A DNA stretch of 63,977 nt, filler included, from Octopus bimaculoides (Eukaryota): NCBI RefSeq assembly GCF_001194135.2. It is 5 parts of 4 records of this genome, joined end to end, with 100 filler letters (N's around TTAATTAATTAA, not from the genome) between each part and the next. Parts side by side here need not be neighbours in the genome. Positions count along the whole stretch, not along the records: positions 45,478 to 57,581 come from NC_068992.1; positions 57,682 to 62,862 come from NC_068997.1; positions 62,963 to 63,977 come from NW_026368347.1; 2 more parts are not named here. One strand, written 5' to 3'. Below the pieces are notes generated by a model. That model was not told the origin of the DNA. It searched no databases and saw only the letters and a list, made by a program, of their open reading frames with translations. Positions 54,135-63,977 of this stretch are shown piece after piece. The translations under genes and the position numbers were made by a program. Each line of letters opens with the position of its first letter. The stretch's first letter is position 1.

Positions 54135-55601
54135 ATAGTAACTAATAAATTTATATACAAATATAAATATTTAGGGGTGAAAAAAGTATTCGTACAGAAT
54201 ATAAAGACCTGATAATTCTGATTTAATACTTCGTAGCATAACCATTATTCAGTTCCACTCCAACCAATCTCTTCTCGTAGTTCTTAATGACTCATGTTTC
54301 TTTAGGAATTTTTTCCCATTCTTCTTGACAAATTTTCTTCAAATCTGGAATGCACATTGGGGCTCTTGAATGAGTTTTAATTTTCAAATAACGCCACAAA
54401 TTTTCAATGGGGTTCAAGTCAGGTGACTGGCTTGGCCATTCTAATTATTTTATATTGTGATTGACAATCCATTTTGGTAGACTTCGCCGTGTGCTTAGTC
54501 ACTATCCTGTTGTAAAACCCAACCGTCACAAATCTGGAGCTTTTCTACAGAGTCCCATAAATTATTGTTCAAAATATTTTGGTACATCTCTGCATTCATT
54601 CTACCATCTATCACATGTAAATTGCCAGTGCCATTTGCAGAGAATCAACCCTACACAATAATGTTGCCACCTCCAAACATTACAGTAGGAATTGTGTTTT
54701 TCGGCGTATAGGTGGTACCATCTTTCCTCCAAACATGGCTACGCGAATTTCGTCCAAACAATTCAATTTTCGACTCGTCTGTCCAAAGAACATTTTCCCA
54801 GAATATATCAGATTTATCTTTATTTCCATAAACAAATTTTAAAAGGGCATCTCTATGCCTTTTAGTCAATAGTGGAGTTTTTCTAGCAGAGCATGACTTC
54901 AGTTCATTCCTATGAAATTCATTGCTGATTGTACATAGTGTAACACTAGTCCCTGAAGCTAACACAGCTTCTTGCAACTCTTTTCTGGTGATCATTGCGT
55001 TTTTTTCGATACTTCACTTCATTTTTCTTAAAGATCTAGGGGAAATCTTGCGTGGTGCACCGGATGCTATTCTGTTTTCAACAGTTCCCGATTTTTTATA
55101 TCTTTGAAAAAATGAAGATATGGTAGAAAATGGGATACAAAGGGTCTCTGATATTTTCCTGTAACTTTTACCTGCTTTCCACTGTTCAACAATTAAGTTT
55201 TTCACTGAATTTGTGAGTTCTTTACTTTCCGCCATTATTACGACACTACTTTATGTTGTCTCAGTGATGAATGAAGAAGCTAGCGTTTTGACACTTAAAA
55301 ATGACCACTGATAAGATTATTGGAACAATCGAGAAAGTTCTAGTAAAAAAAAATATTTTAACAGTATTTTGTGGTATAGAAACTCATAAATTTATTCTGT
55401 ACAAATACTTTTTTCACCCCTAAATATTTATAATTGTATATAAATTCATTAGTTACTATAATTTATTAACTTCTTTTGCATATTCTTAGTTTATGCATGT
55501 GTATGTAAATATAGTATTGGTATATCCCATTTATATTCATTAGAAATTAAATAAATAAAGAATTTTGACATGTACGAATATTTATTCCCCCCCCCCCACT
55601 G
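54135..55601 (-). mobile_element. Tc1 (DD34E) DNA transposon of IR/DR type, in an SLC6 intron; left end hidden in the N gap
   Basis: 54135-54202 is an inverted repeat of 55391-55459. The right terminus reads CAGTGGGG...AATAAATATTCGTACA on the minus strand, ending at 55601 and followed by TA. An inner direct repeat reads GGGGTGAAAAAAGTATTTGTACA. Confidence 0.92.
54223..55235 (-). pseudogene. Tc1 transposase pseudogene
   Basis: MAESKELT...GAPRKIS...VLWTDESKIELFG...FGGGNIIV*G*FS...QQD.D(P)KHTAKST.W...[17 protein letters not shown]...GYATKY*. In-frame stops at 55014 and 54651 plus small deletions. The reconstructed D-E spacing is 34. Confidence 0.92.
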
Positions 55602-56039
55602 TATATATATGTGAGTGTGTCTGAGACTGATGGGACACGTTTTAAACGCAAATGATTACGACTGGAATAATGAATGGGAGCATTTTGTTGGGCGGGGTAA
55701 TTTTTCTGCCCCTCGTCGCTGCAATAATAATCCTTTCTACTAAAGGCACAAGGTCTAAAATTTTTAGCGGGGAGGGCAGTAGTCGATTACATCGGCACCA
55801 GCGTCTCACAGGTATTTAATTTATCGAGCCCGAAAGGATGAAAGGCAAAGTCGACCTCGGTAGAATTTGAACTCAATGTAAAGACGGGCGAAATACCGCA
55901 AAACATTTCGTCCGGAGTACTAACGATTCTGCCAGCTCACTGCCTTATAAACATTGTTATTACTGTTGTTATTATTATTATTATTATTATTATAAGGATT
56001 GACGTATCTCTTGACGAAGGTAAATAGACAGTAAGGAAC

Positions 56040-56460
56040 ACTGAAAGAAATATTAAATAGTAAAAGCCAGAAGGTCTGATTTAGAAGTTGACAAAGAGAA
56101 TAGAAAATGTCAGATAATTGACTTAACAGTCCTAAATGTTGAGAAAGTTAATATGAGAGGTACAGAGGGAATAAAGTACGAGGACCTGGTCATCGAGTTA
56201 CAGAAGCTATGGGCAGTGTGGGTAAAATGCATCCCTGTAGTTATAGGTGCATTAGGAACTATCCCTAAAGATTTGAACAAATGAAAAGAGGAAATAGGCA
56301 TAAAATCTAGTTTAGTGCAGCTCCAGAAAGCAGTATTATTAGGGACAGTTAGGATACTTTGGAAAGTTCTTGGTATCTAAAGTTACTTGTTGTAGCCCGA
56401 TGACAGAAATTTTTCTTCTCCAGCTGTTTAATCTGTCGTGTGTATATGAAATAAGAGAGT
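56040..56460 (+). mobile_element. 3' fragment of an RLE-type non-LTR retrotransposon (R4/Dong/NeSL-like)
   Basis: RRSDLEVDKENRKCQIID...KYEDLVIELQKLW...CIPVVIGALGTIPKDL...LQKAVLLGTVRILWKVLGI* (stop at 56380) is a restriction-like endonuclease C-terminus. Confidence 0.8.
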
Positions 56461-56499
56461 AATGAAAAAGAAAAAGGAAAAACAAAGGATTGAATACAA

Positions 56500-57365
56500 A
56501 AAGGACATGCAAAAGAATTACGCAACTAGGGACTACACAATCAATTCCATGCAGCTCCAACAGAAGTTGCTGGAAAACAGATGGGTTTGGGTGAAGAAGG
56601 GAACACTAAAAAAAAAAAAGATTGAGAGCAGTATACTGGCAGAACAAGACCAATATTTGGCCACGAACTGGAGTGTCTTTGCTGTGCTGCATCTGTAATA
56701 GAGTGGATGAAGCCATTGCCATTATCACAAACGAATGTCCTAGACTTATTCAATACCACTACAAGGTGTGGCGACACGATAAGGTAGCGAAAGTGGCTAC
56801 ATTGGAAACTGCGAAAAGTGGGGGCTGGAGAGAGGCATGTGGTATGAGCACAAACCACAGAGGTTGGCAGAGTTGGAGACTAGCAAAATCCTCTGCAATT
56901 TCCCAATCCAAACTGATCATGTACTCGAACATAACAGACCGGATCTAGTGGTGGTAGACAAGGTGCACCACATTCTTTATAGTTGAAGTTGCATGCCCCT
57001 TTGACCCACGAATAATCAAGGAGGAAGGCAAAAAAAAGAAAAGAAAATTAAATACAACCCTCTTAAGAAGGAAATAGCTCGGCTATGGAAAATGAAGGTG
57101 AAGATAGTGCCAATTATTGTTGGGTCCTTGGGAACAGTATCAGAAGATATCAAGAGGAATATAAACGAAATTGGAATAGAGTGCTCAGTAGAACTTTTAC
57201 GAAAGGTTTGCCTCTTTGGTATGGCCAGAATAATCAGGAAAGTATTAGATAGCTGAAAAATTAGGATAGCATGGTACCGTAGGGTGCAGGTAGTAAACCA
57301 GCTACGCATGCAAGGCTCCAGGAGCTCCAAAAAACCTGTGATAAAGAGATAATGATAATGATAAT
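56500..57365 (+). mobile_element. Second 3' fragment of an RLE-type non-LTR retrotransposon (zinc knuckle + RLE)
   Basis: WVKKGTLKK..ESSILAEQDQ.L.TN, C..CNRVDE.IA.I.NECP.L.QYHYK.WRHDKVAK, WYEHKP, TDHVLEHNRPDLVVVDK, PIIVGSLGTVS, RIIRKVLDS* (stop at 57256). Short (GATAAT)n tail. Confidence 0.85.
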
Positions 57366-57404
57366 TACGTATCAAAGAATGAAAACATTCTAAGTGCTAC
57401 TTAC

Positions 57405-57508
57405 ATATAAATATTATTTTTGAACTTGTTGAAACTCCCAAACATGATAATTCCTCCAAAACACACGCTGAGCGAGAAGAACATTTGACCTGCAGCATCA
57501 ACCCACAT
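57405..57508 (-). CDS. SLC6 (neurotransmitter:sodium symporter family) exon, TM6: [34 protein letters not shown]
   Basis: Translated by hand. Acceptor tttgttttgctgcag, donor AT|gtaagt, 104 bp, phase 0->2. Matches the SLC6 TM6 motif W.DAA.Q.FFSL...G......S.N.F.NN.Y and joins in frame to the 53187 exon (AT|A = Ile). Confidence 0.95.
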
Positions 57509-57581
57509 CTGCAGCAAAACAAAGATTATCATTAACGACAACAAATATATGAAAGACGATTTGAAAATGTACTTGGTGTCT

Positions 57582-57681
57582 NNNNNNNNNNNNNNNNNNN
57601 NNNNNNNNNNNNNNNNNNNNNNNNNTTAATTAATTAANNNNNNNNNNNNNNNNNNNNNNNNNNNNNNNNNNNNNNNNNNNN
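57582..57681. other. Artificial scaffold-join spacer
   Basis: 44N-TTAATTAATTAA(57626-57637)-44N. Confidence 0.95.
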
Positions 57682-57870
57682 TGTTTTTCTCAGAGACGAC
57701 GCGCCCCCATATTTAGGAATCGAACCCACGACCTTATGATTGTGAGCCTAGCATTTTAAATATAATCTGAAAATCATAATAGGAAAATACTCGACATTTT
57801 ATAGTCAGACGGACAAAATTAAAAGTTGGGTGTAGATTGTAATTATCTCTGAATTTTAATTGAAATGTAA

Positions 57871-58148
57871 GACGGTGAGCTGTCAGAATCGTTAATCGCC
57901 GGACAAAATGCTGAGTGGCATTTCATCCGTTTTTTACGTTCTGAGTTGAAATGCCGCCGAGGTTGACTTTGCCTTTCATCATTTCGGGATCGATAAATTA
58001 AGTACCAGTTTAACACAAGTGGGACAATAATCTTTTTTACTCTAGGCACAAGGGCCCGAAATTTGGCGGGGAGGGGACAAGTCGATTAGATCGACCCCAG
58101 TACGTAACTGGTACTTAATTTATCGACTCCGAAAGGATGAAAGGCAAC
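57871..58148. mobile_element. Two family B SINEs in inverted orientation
   Basis: Plus copy 57871-58020, minus copy 58025-58148. TTGCCTTTCATC...GATAAATTAAGTACCAGTT occurs on both strands. Confidence 0.8.
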
Positions 58149-58199
58149 GACGACCTCATTCAAAATTCTTTTCCTCCATCATACGATTGTTGTTGTTGT

Positions 58200-58850
58200 T
58201 GTTATTTAACATCATTATCTGCTCTGATCGAACAGGTAAATGATCAAAAGGATCCAGGTGTGATCACCTCTTCGTTTCATAAGGTGGTGGTGAATCTCAT
58301 CTTTATTGTCGAGGAGCAGGGATATACACCATCTCTCTCCATCGATCCCTGCCTCTGCCCATCATTGTGCATTCAACCAGACGTCGCCAGGCCCATTTTT
58401 TGGTCTCCTCTGGTCAACATTTTCTCGGTCTACCACCCAACCCAAAAACCCACCCACACCTCATTTCCGATTAGCTCTTCGTCCTTGGACATGAGTGCTG
58501 TGGTTTTGGGCCCTAATGACAGGCTCAAAATACTGCAGCTTTTCTCTTTTTGCCTAAAAGTTTTATTTCTCTTCTCATTTCCTCAAGTCATGACTCATTT
58601 TGTCAATGTCCTTACCAGTTGACCCTCAATACTCTTCGGCAGCACTTGGTTCCAAATCGTTTGAGTTTAGCAGTTTCGTTTGCTCTTAGGACACCCATAC
58701 TATGCACGATCCAACATTCATTGCCATGAGTTATGGTAGACACGAAAACCGAATTGAAAATGGTAACTGTAACTGTTTTAACAACTTCTGTTTTTTGAGG
58801 ATCAAATGCCGGAGCTGAAGTATTTAACGTAAGTCGCCATTAATTTTCGC
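58200..58850 (-). mobile_element. RTE-clade LINE 3' fragment (RT C-terminal region)
   Basis: Frame-shifted VFST.T.G.ECW...KLKRFGTKCCRRVLRVNW...KRKLQYF..VIRAQN...GRPRKC*...DRWREMV. Confidence 0.75.
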
Positions 58851-58919
58851 GTAGAAGAAAACCTGGCAAGAATTTGAAATGGTAATAACATAACGGATTT
58901 CTATGTACCTATATAAATA

Positions 58920-59394
58920 TGAGTGCGTCTGTGTGTGTGTGTATGTGTGTGTGTGTGCATGTGTGTGTGTCTGTGTCTGTGTGTCTGTGTGTGTGTTTGT
59001 GTACGTGCATGTGTGTGTGTGTTCGCGTGTGTGTTTGTGTCTACACGCGAGTGTGTGTATGTGTGTGTCTCTGTGTGTGTATATGCGTGCGTGTGTATGT
59101 GTGTGTGTCAGTGTATGTGTGTGTGTCAGTGTATGTGTGTGTGTGTGTTTACGTGTGTGTGTATGTCTGTGTCTACGCGCGAGTATGTGTGTGTCTATAT
59201 GTGTGTATATGTGTGTGTGTCTATGTGTTTGTGTGTTTGCGTGTGTGTCTATGTGTCTACGCGCGAGTGTGTGTGCGTGTGTATGTGTGCGTCTATGTGT
59301 GTGTATGCGTGCGTGTGTATGTGTGTGTTTCTATGTGTGTACGTATGTGTATGTGTGTGTGTCTGTGTGTGTGCGTGTGTCCTTGTGCCTACGC

Positions 59395-59443
<49 letters not shown>

Positions 59444-59445
59444 GT
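58920..59445. repeat. Long degenerate (GT)n tract with higher-order units
   Basis: Alternating purine/pyrimidine sequence. CTACRCGCRAGT recurs near 59040, 59172, 59257 and 59388. Confidence 0.85.
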
Positions 59446-59734
59446 ACTTGCAGACGACCCTAAAATTGATTTCTCTTAAATGACAGCAATAACAGTGTGC
59501 GATTATGATATTAATTAATTAGTAATGGGGAAAAGTGAATTAATTAAACTGTTAAACGATGATGTGAGGGAAGATTATAAGGAATTCTATGACAGTTAAT
59601 CCTTACGTAAAAGAGCAGATTATATGACAACTAGTTAATCCTTCTCCAGTAAAAATAGCAATGTTGGTGCCGAAGGGACTTGACCCCTATTTTACACACA
59701 CACATAGACACACATACTTACACGCACAAAGCAC

Positions 59735-59786
<52 letters not shown>

Positions 59787-60169
59787 GCAGACAGACAGGC
59801 AGACAGACAGACAGGCAGATTGATAGACAAACAGACAGACAGACAGATAGACAGACAGACAGATAGAGAGACAGATGCAAAGAGTAGCTTGGAACTTTCG
59901 GCGAGTAAGGCTTTTCGAACACTAGAAAATTCTCTTTCAGTTATTGAGTACTTTATTGAGTTATTGACTTTATGTATGTATGTATGTATGTATGTATGTA
60001 TGTATGTATGTATGTATGTATATATGCTGGCATGTAGTATGTACATGTATCTATAATTATATGTGTGTGTATGTGTTTGTACGTGTGTGTTTGTCCGTAG
60101 GTATGTATGTTTGCTTAAAAACTTTAGACACTTCTTGAAAGGAAAACTCGCATGTTCGTATATATATAT

Positions 60170-60300
60170 ATACTCACAAGGTTTTGGTTAGCCCGAGGCT
60201 ATAGTAGAAGACACTTGCCCAAGGTGCCATACAGTGGGACTGAACCCGAAATGATATGGTTGGGAAGCAAGCTTCTTACCACACAGCCACTCCTGCGCCC
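60170..60300 (-). mobile_element. SINE family A head
   Basis: Reverse complement of GGCGCAGGAGTGGCTGTGTGGTAAGAAGCTTGCTT... Confidence 0.85.
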
Positions 60301-61619
60301 ATATATATACATGCAGTCCACTTACACACACACTCACACGCACACGCATACATATATGCACACATTTATACACACAGACATAATGTGAAATTGTTTGATA
60401 TGTGTAATATATCATTCTAAGTATACGTTGACACTTAGTTTGAAATTCCACGCACTATTTAAGTTATATACTTGTACTTATGTGTGTATATTGCACACAT
60501 GTATATGTGTACATCCTTGTGTCACTCAATTTTTATTTTGCGTACAGAAGTAGCGACATATGCAAGCACACGCGCACACATGCACGCACGTAAGCACGCA
60601 TTGAAACACACACACGTAAGAGATATTTTCGCACAACACTGCTTATATTTAAAATACCAGTTCTATTCAAAATAGTTGAATAAAGAGTTTAAGCCTTCCG
60701 CTGAGTAAACTTTATTACATGTAAATATATATCTTGTTCTTTTTGTGTACAAAAAGTAATAAATAAAAGAAGTTGTCTTGGTACACCTTCCTGCTCATTG
60801 ACCGATCATGAAAGAAGAATTATCAATCATTCTTCCGTCCATGAAGAGAATTTATGGCACACTGCTATTTCAGTGAAACACAGATTACAGTTTAGTTGTA
60901 ATGACTGAACTAATTTGGTCACGGTAGTTTTGTCGAGAGCGTGATTAAATAATTACCGAATATTGATGAACACTCAGCATCGACTAAATAACTTTAAATA
61001 AATTTTAAATAGTTAAATTGCAGTTTTTAAGCCCTTCACTGTTGAACTTTAAAACAGATGTAAATGCACAGAAAATATAGTTCTGTTATAAGGCCTCTTC
61101 TTGTGTAGAAGAGAATTTATATGCAGTTTCTCGGACCGACAGAGTCTGCAATGATGTAAACCTCTGTAACCTGGACTAACTCAATTGCCATGTTAGAAGG
61201 TTATAGCAGAAAATCAATTCTTCGTCTTCCAGATTTCGAACGCAATGGGACAGGAGAGTAGAGTCTTCTCAATCTTTAGACCAAAAAACAGTGTGGCCGA
61301 TTTAAAGTTCTACAGATATTCACCATTTCCTTTTTTGCTTCCAATAAGCGTAGTGCTTATCTCTCTTAAGATCCGTTGTTATTACCAGGAGATTGACCGT
61401 CATCATATTGGTGGTATTGATTATATTTAAAGCCAATGTCTAGAATACCCGTATCAGGTCCTTTCAGAATCATGCTTCGGATCGGAAAGGCATATCTGAG
61501 ATATAACACAAACCTGAGATATGGCAGAAGTTACATTTTTGCAGTATGCAGGGAAAGCAATGCTTAAGCGAACTATCAAGATATACATACAAGTTTTATA
61601 TATATATATATATATGTGT

Positions 61620-61672
<53 letters not shown>

Positions 61673-62493
61673 TGTGTGTATGCATGTATGTATATAAATA
61701 TATACGTNNNNNNNNNNNNNNNNNNNNNNNNNNNNNNNNNNNNNNNNNNNNNNNNNNNNNNNNNNNNNNNNNNNNNNNNNNNNNNNNNNNNNNNNNNNNN
61801 NNNNNNNNNNNNNNNNNNNNNNNNNNNNNNNNNNNNNNNNNNNNNNNNNNNNNNNNNNNNNNNNNNNNNNNNNNNNNNNNNNNNNNNNNNNNNNNNNNNN
61901 NNNNNNNNNNNNNNNNNNNNNNNNNNNNNNNNNNNNNNNNNNNNNNNNNNNNNNNNNNNNNNNNNNNNNNNNNNNNNNNNNNNNNNNNNNNNNNNNNNNN
62001 NNNNNNNNNNNNNNNNNNNNNNNNNNNNNNNNNNNNNNNNNNNNNNNNNNNNNNNNNNNNNNNNNNNNNNNNNNNNNNNNNNNNNNNNNNNNNNNNNNNN
62101 NNNNNNNNNNNNNNNNNNNNNNNNNNNNNNNNNNNNNNNNNNNNNNNNNNNNNNNNNNNNNNNNNNNNNNNNNNNNNNNNNNNNNNNNNNNNNNNNNNNN
62201 NNNNNNNNNNNNNNNNNNNNNNNNNNNNNNNNNNNNNNNNNNNNNNNNNNNNNNNNNNNNNNNNNNNNNNNNNNNNNNNNNNNNNNNNNNNNNNNNNNNN
62301 NNNNNNNNNNNNNNNNNNNNNNNNNNNNNNNNNNNNNNNNNNNNNNNNNNNNNNNNNNNNNNNNNNNNNNNNNNNNNNNNNNNNNNNNNNNNNNNNNNNN
62401 NNNNNNNNNNNNNNNNNNNNNNNNNNNNNNNNNNNNNNNNNNNNNNNNNNNNNNNNNNNNNNNNNNNNNNNNNNNNNNNNNNNNNNNNNNNNN

Positions 62494-62558
<65 letters not shown>

Positions 62559-62779
62559 ATAAATGAAAAGCTATACAGTTTCGATGGTGGTTTCTTTTCT
62601 CTAATCTTGCTAATAAAGTCTCTTTTAATGGCCTCACAACTCACAAGCAACAAGTGCAAATAGCATGCTTCGCTTATTTTCCTTGCTAATTAACGTTAAT
62701 TCCACGTATCATCATCATCAACATCATCATCATCATCATCATCATCATCATTACCATTATCATTCTTCTTCTTCTTCTT

Positions 62780-62862
<83 letters not shown>

Positions 62863-62962
62863 NNNNNNNNNNNNNNNNNNNNNNNNNNNNNNNNNNNNNN
62901 NNNNNNTTAATTAATTAANNNNNNNNNNNNNNNNNNNNNNNNNNNNNNNNNNNNNNNNNNNN
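62863..62962. other. Artificial scaffold-join spacer
   Basis: 44N-TTAATTAATTAA(62907-62918)-44N. Confidence 0.95.
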
Positions 62963-63114
62963 TAATAATAATAATAATAATAATAATAATGATAATAATA
63001 ATAACATCGAAAGATACCAAGTGTATGAGTGTGTGTATCGACTGTGGGTCAGCGATCTTGTGCTTGGATTGTTGTTTATATAAAAATACACGCAGACACA
63101 CACACACACAAACG

Positions 63115-63213
<99 letters not shown>

Positions 63214-63277
63214 ACAGAGAAGTCATTTTATTGCTTCCGTTTTTTTTTCGTTGTCTCTCCATTTTTTCCCCTCTCAA

Positions 63278-63420
63278 TCTCTCCTGTGGAAAAGCGTTGG
63301 TTCGAAACCTCAAAGACTTTTCTATTTTTCCAGCGCGTCAAACTAATACACCTGCATGTTGTTCCCTCACCTGTGTTCATCTTTTGTTTTTTTTCTTCTA
63401 AGTTGAACTATATTTGTGTG
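63278..63420 (+). repeat. Penelope-like tail repeat with degenerate hammerhead (family 3)
   Basis: CTGTGGA-A-AAGC(GTTG)GTTC-GAAA-CC-TC^AAAGA...GCGTCAAACTAATACA. Confidence 0.5.
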
Positions 63421-63714
63421 TGTGTGTGTAAAGAGGATTATAAATTAGATAGGTATAACCACTCCTATGGTGGACTGTGCTAATCAGTCTCAATTGGAAA
63501 CACACAAGTTTTTCTACAAAGAGACAAAAATTGAAAAGCGGACCGTGATCGGATACTCATACATGCACATCTACAGAAAAGCGTAAAATAGATATGACGA
63601 GGAATTAGTCACGTCATGTATGTGAATTCTGCGTTTGTTATGTTTCTGTTAAATTTTTGGAACATTACACACATATACACAACACACACAACACACACTG
63701 AGACACACATACAC

Positions 63715-63840
63715 ACAAACATAAATAGTTCAAATTTACAGAAAATAAAAGACGAAGACTAGTGAGTATTAGTTTGACGCTTCAGGAAGAATGAAAAAGT
63801 CTTTGACATTTCGAGCCTTCGCTCTTCGATAGAAAAGGAT
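63715..63840 (-). repeat. Penelope-like tail repeat with degenerate hammerhead (family 3)
   Basis: Minus strand TTTT-CTATCGA-A-GAGC(GAAG)GCTC-GAAA-TG-TC^AAAGA...GCGTCAAACTAATAC. Confidence 0.55.
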
Positions 63841-63977
63841 GAGAGGAAAAAAAAAAGAAGGGATATGGGAACGGAAAAAACAGAGAGAGAGAAAAATGTG
63901 TAGCGATTAATGGTTCAACATGATGAAATAACCGGAAGAAAGAGGCAGAATGTAGGGGAGATAATATATATATATAT

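Noticed and set aside
61370-61505. Minus-strand frame ILKGPDTGILDIG resembling SLC6 EL2
   Set aside because: The following TM4 (W.L...L..AW..V....KG) is absent and the frame ends in a stop.

Overview
AT-rich, microsatellite-saturated, intron-rich animal DNA. The repeat content suggests a cephalopod (Octopus-like) genome; this is an inference, not shown by the sequence. The window is five original scaffolds joined by four artificial 100-bp spacers (44N-TTAATTAATTAA-44N), with many further N gaps. One host gene is supported: seven minus-strand exons (57508->47558, 849 nt, 283 aa, TM6-TM12) of an SLC6 Na+-dependent transporter. It has NAT/KAAT1-like motifs and unusual acidic residues around the ion/substrate site; its 5' exons and last exon were not found. 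The rest is mobile DNA: an IR/DR-type Tc1 (DD34E) fossil, a maT-like (DD37D) fossil, Ty3/Gypsy gag and integrase remnants, RTE and RLE-type (R4/Dong/NeSL-like) LINE fragments, and at least four SINE families. The most notable signal is a set of type I hammerhead ribozyme motifs: a tandem pair 301 nt apart with a palindromic stem III (retrozyme/Penelope-like, 35464-35867), a hammerhead at the 3' end of a tRNA-headed SINE lying in a head-to-head palindrome (3545-4075), and three degenerate copies of a third family. Nearly all entries in the ORF track are microsatellite or N-gap artefacts.
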